From a virus (lineage: Duplodnaviria > Caudoviricetes): a stretch of 55,921 nt of DNA. Position 1 is the first letter of the stretch. Each line of letters opens with the position of its first letter. The notes under the pieces were generated by a model, which was given only the letters and a program-made list of their open reading frames with translations, did no database searches and was not told where the DNA came from. Below, piece by piece: positions 28,550-38,368 of the stretch. The DNA lies in IMG/VR virus record IMGVR_UViG_3300034095_001732, positions 1 through 55,921 of that record, one strand, 5' to 3'. Both the position numbers and the translations under genes were made by a program.

Positions 28550-29062
28550 TTAACCCGCGGCGGCGGTACGGCTGAGTTCAATCAGCGACGTGCCGTCAGA
28601 GACGAACACGATGGAGTAGTATTTGGCGGCCGTGGACAACGTGTACGTGCCGGTGCTCTTGAAGTTCGTGCCGAACGTGATGACGTTGCCGCCAGTACCA
28701 TCAGTGATGAAACTGATCCGCAGCACGTAGCCGGCCCGGGGAACCGAGGCGGCATTGATCGTGGAAGCCGTGTTGCTGACGCAGGCGATGCGCCGCGTGT
28801 TCCCGTCGGTCGCGGTGAATGCGAGCGCGATGGTGGCCGCGAAGGTCACCGACGAGTAGGTCTCGTAGAGCGGGGTCGCCTGCTCGATGGTCGTGCCATC
28901 GGCCAGTGTGGGCGACTCATACGTGTTGTTTGCGGCGATCATGGCCGACGTCACCTCGTCGTTCCCAATGACCACCGTCGGCTGCGCGATCAGGTTCAGC
29001 TTGACGAACGTGATCGGGTCCGTGGTGCCCGTGAAGGTGTAGCCGGGAGTGACGTTGGCCAT
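28550..29062 (-). CDS. Putative tail/virion structural protein
   Basis: Thr-rich beta protein, MANVTPGYTF start, DGTGGNVITFGTNFK module seen in fibres. Confidence 0.65.
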   Translation of the reverse strand: MANVTPGYTFTGTTDPITFVKLNLIAQPTVVIGNDEVTSAMIAANNTYESPTLADGTTIEQATPLYETYSSVTFAATIALAFTATDGNTRRIACVSNTASTINAASVPRAGYVLRISFITDGTGGNVITFGTNFKSTGTYTLSTAAKYYSIVFVSDGTSLIELSRTAAAG

Positions 29063-29071
29063 GGTAGTCGG

Positions 29072-29713
29072 TTAAAGCGTGAAGAACGCGTTGCCCTCGG
29101 GTTCCGGCTCATCCGGTTCCGGAATGCGGATCCGACCCCCGACATTGGGATTGAACGGAGGCGGCGGAGGCATCGGCCGGGGCATCGGCATCGGCTCAAT
29201 GAGCCGGGGACTCGACGGCGGTGGCGGGAAAGGATCCGCCACAGTCACCGGAGGATTCGGGTACACCGTGTTGAAGTTGGGGATGATCGACCCGTAGAGA
29301 GGGTTGTACCCATTCGGCGCACGAAGCGCGGGCGCCATCGGGGGCGGGGTGTAGGGGCGATACCGTGGATCGGGCCCAACCCCTTGTCCCGACGTGATCG
29401 TGGGCAGCTGCTGTCCGGGGCCCACCATGGTCGGGGGGACATAACCCGACGCCGGCCCCGGGGGCATCGTCACCCCACCGAACATGGACGGCACGGAATT
29501 GACGGTCCCCATCGGCGACACAAACATCGGCGGCTGCGGCTGATAGTACTGCATCAGGTCCGTGAGATCCTCGCCGTCCTCAGGCTCGGGCATACGAACT
29601 CGGCCCCCGATGTTGGGGTTGAACGCGGGCGGTGCCGGGGGCGGGGACATCGGCGGAGGCATCGGACGGGGAACAAAAGTCTCTGGCATCTTAAAATCGT
29701 ACGAGGGGCTCAT
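29072..29713 (-). CDS. Proline-rich protein
   Basis: Very Pro/Met-rich ORF with an internal duplicated motif; fills the gap in the operon. Confidence 0.6.
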   Translation of the reverse strand: MSPSYDFKMPETFVPRPMPPPMSPPPAPPAFNPNIGGRVRMPEPEDGEDLTDLMQYYQPQPPMFVSPMGTVNSVPSMFGGVTMPPGPASGYVPPTMVGPGQQLPTITSGQGVGPDPRYRPYTPPPMAPALRAPNGYNPLYGSIIPNFNTVYPNPPVTVADPFPPPPSSPRLIEPMPMPRPMPPPPPFNPNVGGRIRIPEPDEPEPEGNAFFTL

Positions 29714-29720
29714 AATTAAG

Positions 29721-32378
29721 TTAAATCTGCACTAGGTTGGCCCGTTGACCGGGTCGAGTTTCAAATCCGAGGGACATGACCGAGATGAAGCCTTGGGTGT
29801 TGGTGACCTTCATCCAGCTCAACCGGCCCTGCCGACGCGTGATCAGCGGCAGCCGGAACTCCTGCACCATCTCGGGCTCAAAGCCCGTGCCCGACTGCAC
29901 GCCAATCGGCCCGGTGGCGTAGTCCTTCCGGTACGGGCGGTTGTAGTCGTTGTTCGCGTTGGTCAGGTCGTACGGCGTGTCGTTGAACTTCCAACTCTCC
30001 GCCCGGCTGTACGTCTGGTCAGTCAGCACGACCGACTCCTCATTGGCCCCTTCGCTGTAAGATGAGGCCGAGAACCGGGCGCGGTTGGTGGCAAGGTCGA
30101 GGTACAGCCGGCGCTGGAAGTGGTTCAGGTTCGACGTGTCGTACGCGCGGGTGACCAGCTCGGTCGAGATCTCAGCCACGATGGAGCCGCTGATGTCGTT
30201 CTGCCCCTCGTCGGTGACGAAGATCCGGCCGTCCTCGGTGATCGCATGCAGGCGCTGCAGGCCGAGGTAGTCGATCACCTGCCAGCTCTGGATCGCCATC
30301 GACATTTCGGGGGCGAAGTTCCACTCACCGTACCACTGGTCGGTGGTGAAGTTGTAGACAACGACCGCGTTGCAGACCGTGCTGTTGTCCAGCGGCAAGG
30401 CGATGTAGAGCTTGTTGCTCCAGTAGCCCATGCTGATCTTGTAGCCGTAGGGCCAGTTGACCCGGCTCATGATCTTCCTCACTCGCGACGACAGGGGCAG
30501 CGTCTTGTGCTGCGTCGAGTTGTTGGTCGAGGTCAGCGTCAGCATGTTGACGTTGCCGTAGCTGACGTAGGCCAGATCCGGGCCGACGGTGGTGACCGCG
30601 TTGATGCCGACCAACCCGACCTGACGCGTGATCTCGGTAGCGGTCACGTCGGAGAGGCTGCCCTCCACATTCTGCAGCAGGATGATCGACTTGTTCTTAA
30701 AGACGACGAGGCTGTTCTGGCCGAACGGGAAGGTCTCGACGACGTAGTCCGAGTTGCCTGTGTTGGTGCTGATCTCGTTGGCGAGCGGGTCGTAGTCCGT
30801 GAACGCGAGGATGTCCGACGCGGCGATGTTGTCCTTGCCGTTCACCACCCACAGGCGGTTCTGGTAGTACGTCGCCTGATTGCTATTCGGGATCGAGTTG
30901 AAGGACGCCGGCAACGTGGTGTTAGGCACCGGCACGAACGACGTGTCCCACTCGCCGTTCCAGTACAGGGGGGTGCTATCTTCGCCGCGGAAGATGTACA
31001 CTTGGTTGTTTGCTTGAACGATGGTGGACTGCCGGATCACCGTCTCGCCACCGAGGCTGATCGTGCGGCTGGTCTTGCCGTTGGCATAGAAACCCACGGT
31101 CTCCGAGCCCAGCACCATGATCCAGATGTCCGACGGGGTGGACGGATCCGAGAACAACCCGGTGGCCCAGACCGAGTTGGCTGGCGTCGCGGTCATCACC
31201 TGATTGGGCGAGCCATTGGTCGAGACCGCCACGTAAAGCCCGATGCCGTACGCCACCGCCGACCACGCATTGCCGTTGGCCGCGTCACGCTTTGTCCACG
31301 TCTCGGCGTCGGTCGAGATCATCACCGAGTTGGCCGCCACCCCCGAGTTGCCGACCGCGGTGAACGTGGCGTTGCCGAACGTGATCGAAGTCCAGTCGTC
31401 GTTGGCTGTGGTACGGGCCGTCCAGACGATGCCATCCGGGGAACTCATTGCCCCGAGCGTGCCGCTGGTGCTGGTCGTCGCCACCGCGGCAAAGACACCG
31501 TTGCCGTACGCCACACTGACGCAGCCCGAAGGATCGGTCGGCGTACTCGTGGCTAGCCACGTAACCCCGTCGGAAGAATACATTGCCCGGTTATTGCTGC
31601 CGGTTCCGCCTGAAGCGACGGCCACGTACTTTCCCCCACCATAGGTCACGCTGCGCCAGTTGTGGTTGGGCTGTGTTGCGGGGGTATTCCGCAACGTCCA
31701 CGTGAACCCGTCGGTCGAGGTCATTACCTGCGTGGTGCCGCCATCGCCATTGGCCACGACCGCGAACTGCCCACCACCATAGGTGATGCCCGACCAGCTG
31801 TAAGGGCCCGGAACCGTCTGGGCAGTCCACGTCAGCCCGTCGTAGGAAGTCATCGACCGATAACCGAGATCGTAGCCGATGTCGTCTCCGGTGGAGCTGA
31901 CCACCGTGGAACCGAAGCTCGTGTCGAACAGGTAGAGCTGGGCGTTCGAGGCCATCGCCACGAACAAGCCTCCGCCATAAGTGATGCTTGACCAGTAAAG
32001 GGGGAGGTTGGAGCTAGCTTTCTGCCAGACACAACCATCCACCGAGGTCATGATGTCGTCCACGCCGGTGCCATCCGGCTGCAGCGCGACGATCCGGTTG
32101 GGCCCAACCGCCAACGCCGACCACTGCTTGTTGACCGGAGTGGTCTCGGAAACCCACGAAGCGCCAAGGCCGAACGGGCTTGAGCCCAGTTCCGGCAGGC
32201 ACACAAAACCGCCGCGCGTCTGGGCATCCTGCGACGAGAAGTCGTGGTTCACCGCCTTCTGCACGTTGCCCGGGCGGATGTTCTCCGACGCGTTGTACTC
32301 ATCGACGCCCGTGAACGAGCCATCACCCACCGAAACGGGTGAATCATCAACTGCGCCGTATGAGCGATACCTGTCCAT
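29721..32378 (-). CDS. Tail nozzle/stabilisation protein (P22 gp10/tubular protein B-like) with inserted beta-propeller repeats
   Basis: F.G...NIRPG N-terminus; YYQNRLW, LVVFK; repeated W.SV.YG.G.FVAV blades. Confidence 0.7.
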   Translation of the reverse strand: MDRYRSYGAVDDSPVSVGDGSFTGVDEYNASENIRPGNVQKAVNHDFSSQDAQTRGGFVCLPELGSSPFGLGASWVSETTPVNKQWSALAVGPNRIVALQPDGTGVDDIMTSVDGCVWQKASSNLPLYWSSITYGGGLFVAMASNAQLYLFDTSFGSTVVSSTGDDIGYDLGYRSMTSYDGLTWTAQTVPGPYSWSGITYGGGQFAVVANGDGGTTQVMTSTDGFTWTLRNTPATQPNHNWRSVTYGGGKYVAVASGGTGSNNRAMYSSDGVTWLATSTPTDPSGCVSVAYGNGVFAAVATTSTSGTLGAMSSPDGIVWTARTTANDDWTSITFGNATFTAVGNSGVAANSVMISTDAETWTKRDAANGNAWSAVAYGIGLYVAVSTNGSPNQVMTATPANSVWATGLFSDPSTPSDIWIMVLGSETVGFYANGKTSRTISLGGETVIRQSTIVQANNQVYIFRGEDSTPLYWNGEWDTSFVPVPNTTLPASFNSIPNSNQATYYQNRLWVVNGKDNIAASDILAFTDYDPLANEISTNTGNSDYVVETFPFGQNSLVVFKNKSIILLQNVEGSLSDVTATEITRQVGLVGINAVTTVGPDLAYVSYGNVNMLTLTSTNNSTQHKTLPLSSRVRKIMSRVNWPYGYKISMGYWSNKLYIALPLDNSTVCNAVVVYNFTTDQWYGEWNFAPEMSMAIQSWQVIDYLGLQRLHAITEDGRIFVTDEGQNDISGSIVAEISTELVTRAYDTSNLNHFQRRLYLDLATNRARFSASSYSEGANEESVVLTDQTYSRAESWKFNDTPYDLTNANNDYNRPYRKDYATGPIGVQSGTGFEPEMVQEFRLPLITRRQGRLSWMKVTNTQGFISVMSLGFETRPGQRANLVQI

Positions 32379-33160
32379 CAGATGTTTCGGTATTTGAATC
32401 GGACGATGATCACGCCCGGCGAACCTGCCCCGCCGGCACCGGGGGTCTGCGTTCCACCTCCTGTACCACCAGCGCCGCCGCCACCACCACCGCCATTTCC
32501 ATAGCCCGTGGCGGCAATGCCGGTAGAGCCTGCGGAGTTGGAAGCGCCACCCGTGCCGCCATTCCCTGCACCAGTGCCGCCAGTACCGCCAAGACCTACG
32601 GCAACGCCGGTAAAGCCAGTTCCGCCACCACCGCCGCCACCACTACTGCCGTAATAGACGGTGCCTGTCCCAGCAATCGTCGAGGCCGTACCCGTAACGC
32701 CGACTTGGCCGAAACCAATACTTTCGGACCCCCCACTCTTAACACCTCCGACTCCTCCGACCCCTCCGGAATTGCCCACATTGTTGCAGGTGAGTGAGGA
32801 AAATGCGTACGTAAGAACACTAGTCCCTCCCACCCCGGCTACGGTCCAAGAATACCCAGTATTCAAACCAAAAGAGGAAAGCGTAAGAGCAACCGCGCTC
32901 GTCTGGATCTGCGCCCCACCGCCACCTTGGCCGCCATTTCCGCCAACCCCTCCGGAATTAACCAACCCTGAAGAACCGTTATTCCCGCCCCCGGTCATCA
33001 GGAACTCCACGTAAGTGGAAGGAGCCCCAGCTAGGGTAACCGTGAACGTGCCGCTACTGGTAAACGTGTGGATCTGATAATCACCGTCGTAGGTGATCGT
33101 TCCACCAGTGGCATCGTTTATCTTGCCACCAGCCGCCATGACTAGCTGCTGGATGCTCAT
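32378..33160 (-). CDS. Glycine-rich tail fibre-type protein
   Basis: ATGGTIT...HTFTSSGTF...GGAGSPGVIIVR glycine-rich domain. Confidence 0.75.
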   Translation of the reverse strand: MSIQQLVMAAGGKINDATGGTITYDGDYQIHTFTSSGTFTVTLAGAPSTYVEFLMTGGGNNGSSGLVNSGGVGGNGGQGGGGAQIQTSAVALTLSSFGLNTGYSWTVAGVGGTSVLTYAFSSLTCNNVGNSGGVGGVGGVKSGGSESIGFGQVGVTGTASTIAGTGTVYYGSSGGGGGGGTGFTGVAVGLGGTGGTGAGNGGTGGASNSAGSTGIAATGYGNGGGGGGGAGGTGGGTQTPGAGGAGSPGVIIVRFKYRNI

Positions 33161-33636
33161 CAGGTAAGCCCGCCGCCGGCGATGATGAACGTGTTGGCGG
33201 CAATGCAGAGAACGCTGCAAAGGCCGCGCTGGGCGAGGGTGCGATTGCCGGTGGTGGCGGTGCCGGCGAGGTAGCAGGTCACGGCGGTCGCGGTGATCGT
33301 GATGCTCGACGCGCTGTTGTTGATGATCGACACGCAGTCGCCGGCCGAGAACACGCCCGAGGGGATGATCACTCCGGCGGTGGTGGAGATGTGCTTACCC
33401 GAGTCGGCAAGGACCAGTGTGTACGAGGTGGTCTGCGCGTTCTGCGGGATCACCCGCAGGTTGCCCTTGGAGTCGGAGACCGCCGTGAACGTCGGGCTGT
33501 CACCCGTGCCGAGGTTCTGGAACCGGGTCGCCGGCCACTTGCGCGAGCCGAGCGCGCTGCCGTCCAACGCGATGAAGTCGGTGGCGTCAGGCGAGGGCGC
33601 GGTCGTCGGGAAGTTGCGGATGAGGGTCGTGGGCAT
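33160..33636 (-). CDS. Tail fibre-associated protein
   Basis: IPQNAQTTSYTLVLADSGK module; partner of the Gly-rich gene. Confidence 0.7.
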   Translation of the reverse strand: MPTTLIRNFPTTAPSPDATDFIALDGSALGSRKWPATRFQNLGTGDSPTFTAVSDSKGNLRVIPQNAQTTSYTLVLADSGKHISTTAGVIIPSGVFSAGDCVSIINNSASSITITATAVTCYLAGTATTGNRTLAQRGLCSVLCIAANTFIIAGGGLT

Positions 33637-33642
33637 GGTCGG

Positions 33643-33858
33643 TCAGGTGAAGATCTTGAAGAGCCACGAGGCGCCGACGCCGATCACGGCGAAGACCGCG
33701 CCCCACTGCAGGAGCTTCTTGTCGTGAGAGTCAACGCGGTGCTCGATGTGTTCAACCCGTTGGGCAAGGCCACGGTGCCCCATCTGGGCATCCCCCACGA
33801 TCGCCTTTTCGATGCGATCGACGGACGACTGGAGTCGGTCGAAGTTGTCTGGTGTCAT
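33643..33858 (-). CDS. Small coiled-coil plus C-terminal TM protein (holin-like)
   Basis: GLAQRVEHIE followed by WGAVFAVIGVGASWLF. Confidence 0.55.
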   Translation of the reverse strand: MTPDNFDRLQSSVDRIEKAIVGDAQMGHRGLAQRVEHIEHRVDSHDKKLLQWGAVFAVIGVGASWLFKIFT

Positions 33859-33897
33859 CTAGGGCGAATCGGAGGGGGCCGGTGATCCGGCCGCGAG

Positions 33898-34227
33898 TTA
33901 CGGGAGGATCGACAGACTGATCGTCGCCCGGATGGGCGCCTGCGGGACCGTGATGGTGATCTCGTTCGAGTCGACGAAGCCGACCGAGTTGGAGACCCGC
34001 ACCTTGTAGGTGCCCGCGGAATCGCCGGTGACGCTCTCAATGGTCAGGGACGAACTGGTCTCGCCGGCGATCGGGGTGTTGTTTTTGTACCACACGTAGG
34101 TGAAGGGCAACGTGCCGCCCTCCACCGACGAGGAGAAGATCGCCTTCCGCCCTACCGGGACCGGGGTCGGGGCCACCTGAGCCGCGAGGGTCGCGGCCAA
34201 GAGGAACAGGACGGAGAGGAACTTCAC
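33898..34227 (-). CDS. Signal-peptide-bearing immunoglobulin-domain protein
   Basis: MKFLSVLFLLAATLAA; PFTYVWYKN, SLTI, DSAGTYKVRVSN (I-set-like). Confidence 0.8.
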   Translation of the reverse strand: MKFLSVLFLLAATLAAQVAPTPVPVGRKAIFSSSVEGGTLPFTYVWYKNNTPIAGETSSSLTIESVTGDSAGTYKVRVSNSVGFVDSNEITITVPQAPIRATISLSILP

Positions 34228-34424
34228 GGCTTGAACGAGTCGTTGCTCTTGCCGTCGTCGGCCAAGTCACCGATGCGGTTCACCACGTCCTTGAGGATCG
34301 AGGCGCCGGCGAAGATCAGGATGCCGGTCTGCGGGGGCACGAACGGGATGGCACCAAGGCCGGTAATGAAACCGAGGCCCTTGCCGACGAGGGACAACCA
34401 TCTGAGCGTTTTTTCTTTGTTCAT
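34224..34424 (-). CDS. Small membrane protein (holin-like, 66 aa)
   Basis: Two hydrophobic segments and a charged C-terminus. Confidence 0.55.
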   Translation of the reverse strand: MNKEKTLRWLSLVGKGLGFITGLGAIPFVPPQTGILIFAGASILKDVVNRIGDLADDGKSNDSFKP

Positions 34425-34429
34425 GGGAA

Positions 34430-34903
34430 TCAAAAGATGCAGCGGATGCGGGGAGCTTGGGGCGAGACTGTGACCAGTTGCCCTGTCTGCGGTTCGATGT
34501 AGAGGAGGCCGCGTTCGGTGGCAATCGCATTGATCGCGTGGCCCTCGCCCGGGGATGGTCGATACCAGAAACGCGCCACCGCCAGCGCCTCGGCCTCTGG
34601 GAGCGGGTGGCGCTCCCACTGAGCGAGGTAGAAACGGAGCTGAAGCAGATCCGCGTACAGGTTGGCGAAGTCGTCGCAGTCCTGCCGTTGGTTCCACCGG
34701 GTCAGGCCAAGGTCGAAGAGCTTGGTCTGAAACCAGTTGTAAAACGCCGGCAACGCCGCCGAGTTGACCTCGGCGTACGTCTCGTCTCCCCCGCCCTCCC
34801 AAGTCCCCAACAGCCTCTGGAACTCAGGGCCGGTGAGGATCCTCCCTGTCCACAAGGGGACCGGATCGGCCTTCTTGCGGAACAGGGAGGAGAGCCAGTT
34901 CAC
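34430..34903 (-). CDS. Papain/transglutaminase-like cysteine hydrolase
   Basis: DCDDFA...GHAINA...IEPQ catalytic-triad pattern. Confidence 0.65.
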   Translation of the reverse strand: MNWLSSLFRKKADPVPLWTGRILTGPEFQRLLGTWEGGGDETYAEVNSAALPAFYNWFQTKLFDLGLTRWNQRQDCDDFANLYADLLQLRFYLAQWERHPLPEAEALAVARFWYRPSPGEGHAINAIATERGLLYIEPQTGQLVTVSPQAPRIRCIF

Positions 34904-35052
34904 TTGTCGGTCTTTTCGAGGCCGGCCACCTTCTCGGTGAGCTCCTCGATCTTCGCGTTGGCTTCAGCGAGCGCCTCCACCAGCGTGTTGATGGTCTGGC
35001 TCTGGAGAGCCGACGCGATTTCGGTACGGATCTGTTCTTTGGTCTTGGGCAT
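34900..35052 (-). CDS. Small coiled-coil protein (50 aa)
   Basis: MPKTKEQIRTEIASALQSQTINTLVEALAEANAKIEELTEKVAGLEKTDK; overlaps the next start. Confidence 0.6.
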   Translation of the reverse strand: MPKTKEQIRTEIASALQSQTINTLVEALAEANAKIEELTEKVAGLEKTDK

Positions 35053-35062
35053 CGTGCGATTC

Positions 35063-35404
35063 TTACGGAGCCGGCGGAACTTCCGTCAACCCCAAGTTGG
35101 CCGAGATGCAGGAGAGCTGGTAGGGCTCGTCCTCGGTGATGGGGCCGGCCGCCCAGTCATCCCACTGCTGCTCGGTCATCGAGACGTTCCCGTTTTTCAG
35201 CACCACCACCGTGGTTTGCTCGGGCTGCGCCGGAGTGATGACGGAGCCGTCCGTCGGATCGAGCTGCTCGGCTATCGGAGGCACAACGGTGACAGACTGA
35301 AGCTCGTAGTAGTAGCCGGGCGGGGGCCCGAGGTTACCGGCGCGGATGTACAGCGTGTTAGCCGTACCGGGGTAGACATCAACTGGTTGAATGGTGGTTT
35401 GCAT
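35063..35404 (-). CDS. Putative tail fibre assembly/associated protein
   Basis: Immediately downstream of the main fibre; acidic. Confidence 0.6.
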   Translation of the reverse strand: MQTTIQPVDVYPGTANTLYIRAGNLGPPPGYYYELQSVTVVPPIAEQLDPTDGSVITPAQPEQTTVVVLKNGNVSMTEQQWDDWAAGPITEDEPYQLSCISANLGLTEVPPAP

Positions 35405-35413
35405 AGGAGAAGG

Positions 35414-37822
35414 TTAGTCGTTGGTGGTCTTGGCGTGGATGTAGTATGCAACGCCGGCGATCTCGATGGTGATGGTACGGTTGGGTGCAGTCGGGGTGAC
35501 CGTGTTGGCGATACCCAGCTCCCACAACCCAGCGCCACCTACGGGAGCCGATGTGGTAATCGCGGCACCAGATGTGATGTTTCCAACGGTGGTGAGCGTA
35601 GCAGAGAACGACACATTCCGCGTCCCAGTCGGGACGGTCATTATTGACTGACCGGCAGGGGACGTCAGGTGAAAGTCGTCCGATGATCCGGTAGCACCAG
35701 CAATCACCAGTCCAAGAGTGGCGGTTTTGTAGATTGTGGCGGCGGCAAACGACCCGCCAGAAACAGTCACCGCCCCCGCAAACGTCGCGTTTTGGCTGGC
35801 ATCAATTGTGAGCGCGGTAGTATTATTGGTGTAGAGCTTAATCCCTTGCGCTGCATTGGTGCCAATAGCAAGCGGAGTGGTGTACGCCGACTGGATAATC
35901 GAGTTTACTCCAGTAATTGTGCCGGCTGCGTAAGACGACCCGCTAACCATCACCGAAATACCATAACTGCTACCGGTCGTATTGAAAACTTGAAGGCCGG
36001 AAGCGCCATAGGAAAGACTAGTTCCGCTAATAACTAAGCTCCCCAAACTCTCTCGATACAGACTAACATCCGTTCCAAACCCAATGCCGCCCGTGCTGGT
36101 CGTGTGCGTCGCCAGTTGCAGGCGCCCGTTGTTGGAATTTGTAGTCGTGCCGAACAACGCAGTTTGCGAACCGGACAGGAAGTGCAGCCCGGCGCCGCCG
36201 GACGCGGTGCCGATGGACAGGTTTAAGCCGCTGTCTGATAACAGCGTTGCCGTAGTCGTTCCACCGAATCGAACCGTACCCGTTCCGCTTGGCGCGATGT
36301 AAACGAGCTGATTGGTTCCACCAGCGCGCAGATTTAGTTGCCCGCCGCTAGTCACGTTGCCACTAAACGGCACATTCCAGCCCACCCCGCTCGCAGGAAG
36401 CGTGATGTTGGCCGCGTTGCCAGAGGTGTCGTACCAAGTGAGGCCACCGCCGGTCTGGGTAGCGTCGGGGGCGAGGACGGCGCCGAGCGGGTACAGCAAC
36501 AAGTTGTCTAAAACTAGGGTTCCAGAAGGACTGACTATCTGGAGTCCAGTACCTGTACCTGCGGTCGTTGGAATTGCAACTTCAAACGTCTTGGTTCCAG
36601 TTGATCCAAATCCCGCAACTGCTCCAGTAACGAGCGTGGTTACGTTACCATCAGAGACGTAGGCAAACGCATCTGCTGTTACAACGGTAACCGTGATTCG
36701 GTAACGCTTGCCAAGTACCGTTAAATTTCCGCGAGAAATGTTGGAATTGGCACCACCATTCAGATTTGCCGTGCCGCCAGAAATAGTAGCTCCAGAACCT
36801 TTTGTCCAGTATCCCGTATCGCTTGAGAAGTCGGAGTTAGCGCCAGTAATTAACGACGTATTGCTAGCTGAGTTAATGTCAGCCGCCGCAGGCACGCCGT
36901 TCTCGTACAACGCCTTGACCTCCGCAGCGGACAGGGCGCGGTTGTAAAGCAGCGGAGCTTCAATCGTGCCGAGCCAGCCTGATGTCGCGTTGTTTCCGCC
37001 AACCTCCAGCGCGGTGCTGTATGTGAGGTTATCAGTCACCGTGCCAGCCGAAATTCCGTCGATGTAGAACGTGCCGGTCGAACCGTTCTTTACGTATGCG
37101 ACTGCGCTATTTTTCCCAACTACGACAGCATTTGTTGATGTAAGGATGGTCGTCCCGTTGAAGGCATAGACCTTGCCGAGTGCATCAATTCCTACCTCAA
37201 ACTGTAAACCTCGAATAAAAACACGACCTACCGCTCCAAAGTTGGTAGCGTTAACAACTGCCGAAGCAGTAAAGTTGCCGGACCCAATAGTGACAACAGG
37301 GAAAGAGGCCGCTGATCCAGACCCGTCAAACACCAGACCCTGCCTCGGCGCACGCGCACTCAACGTGCTCGGCACGGACGGACCGCTAGTGCCGAGCAGG
37401 ATGTCCTTGGCAAAGGTGGCCGCTGCCGTCGTGACCGTAAGTGACGAAGTACTGCCTCCGTCCGTAGTAACTCGGAACGCCTTGCCGGAAGTCGTGCGAA
37501 CTACGAGGTCGTCGACCGCTGAGTCAGCGACAATATTGCCTGCGGTTCCCGGTATGGAAAGGATTCCCTTGCCAGTACCAGCGCGTTGGAAGTTCTGCTG
37601 AACGTCGCCGCTGGACGGGTTGATGTTGATTGTCCCAGCAAAGGCGTGCGGCCCAACCCCATTCACCGTCAGCGTCCCGCCCACGGTGGCGTTGCCGCCA
37701 AACGTCGGACTAAACGCATCAAGCTTCCGCGTGCCGTTGGCCAACCCATCCAGCGCGAGGAAGTCATCTGACGCCGAGCTGGACGCTAAGTTGGCGAGAT
37801 CCCTGATGCGAATGTTGGCCAT
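35414..37822 (-). CDS. Tail fibre/receptor-binding protein with LamG (concanavalin A-like) domain
   Basis: MANIRIRDL start; FYIDG...LYNRALSAAEV; WYDTSGN; Gly/Ser/Thr-rich; lower GC. Confidence 0.8.
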   Translation of the reverse strand: MANIRIRDLANLASSSASDDFLALDGLANGTRKLDAFSPTFGGNATVGGTLTVNGVGPHAFAGTININPSSGDVQQNFQRAGTGKGILSIPGTAGNIVADSAVDDLVVRTTSGKAFRVTTDGGSTSSLTVTTAAATFAKDILLGTSGPSVPSTLSARAPRQGLVFDGSGSAASFPVVTIGSGNFTASAVVNATNFGAVGRVFIRGLQFEVGIDALGKVYAFNGTTILTSTNAVVVGKNSAVAYVKNGSTGTFYIDGISAGTVTDNLTYSTALEVGGNNATSGWLGTIEAPLLYNRALSAAEVKALYENGVPAAADINSASNTSLITGANSDFSSDTGYWTKGSGATISGGTANLNGGANSNISRGNLTVLGKRYRITVTVVTADAFAYVSDGNVTTLVTGAVAGFGSTGTKTFEVAIPTTAGTGTGLQIVSPSGTLVLDNLLLYPLGAVLAPDATQTGGGLTWYDTSGNAANITLPASGVGWNVPFSGNVTSGGQLNLRAGGTNQLVYIAPSGTGTVRFGGTTTATLLSDSGLNLSIGTASGGAGLHFLSGSQTALFGTTTNSNNGRLQLATHTTSTGGIGFGTDVSLYRESLGSLVISGTSLSYGASGLQVFNTTGSSYGISVMVSGSSYAAGTITGVNSIIQSAYTTPLAIGTNAAQGIKLYTNNTTALTIDASQNATFAGAVTVSGGSFAAATIYKTATLGLVIAGATGSSDDFHLTSPAGQSIMTVPTGTRNVSFSATLTTVGNITSGAAITTSAPVGGAGLWELGIANTVTPTAPNRTITIEIAGVAYYIHAKTTND

Positions 37823-37847
37823 GGTCGTCGAAAGTTAGTCGTTAAAG

Positions 37848-38030
37848 TTAGCGGTACTCGCTGTACTCTAGGAAGTCACCCGTGTCGGTGACCAAGAAGT
37901 CGGAAGTGTTGGTGATCAACCGGCCGTCAAACACGCCGGGCTCCTCGTTGTCTTGGAGGATCGTGTTGTTGAGCGCCGTCGCCATGCGCGTGCCCAACAT
38001 GTCATACTGACTGCCCAGTAGCCCGATCAT
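37848..38030 (-). CDS. Small virion-associated protein (60 aa)
   Basis: MIGLLG...LITNTSDFLVTDTGDFL fibre-type motif. Confidence 0.6.
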   Translation of the reverse strand: MIGLLGSQYDMLGTRMATALNNTILQDNEEPGVFDGRLITNTSDFLVTDTGDFLEYSEYR

Positions 38031-38353
38031 AGCTGGAACTCCGAGGCTTGGATGTTGGCGCTGGTGCCGGCCTGCCGGATGAACTTCGCGGCTTGGGCGG
38101 TCGCGGTGCTCCACGTGTAGTGGGAGCCGCTGTACAGGCGATGACCGTTGGTGCTCGTCGGGGCAGACCCGTCGAACGTGCACATCACGTCAGCGTCCTG
38201 CACGTCGAGGACGACCATGTTGGTCAGTTCGTTGAAGGTGGCGAACTGCACGCCACCCACGGAATTGTCCACCAGCAGGCGTTGATCCGCTACCGGCGAG
38301 CCGCGATAGATCGCCGGCTTCGGAAAGATGTTGTTGAGGTTGAAGGAGCCCAT
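38027..38353 (-). CDS. Putative structural protein
   Basis: DGSAPTSTNGHRL...AKFIR; located in the virion operon. Confidence 0.65.
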   Translation of the reverse strand: MGSFNLNNIFPKPAIYRGSPVADQRLLVDNSVGGVQFATFNELTNMVVLDVQDADVMCTFDGSAPTSTNGHRLYSGSHYTWSTATAQAAKFIRQAGTSANIQASEFQL

Positions 38354-38368
38354 GGTGGTGAGTAAGAG

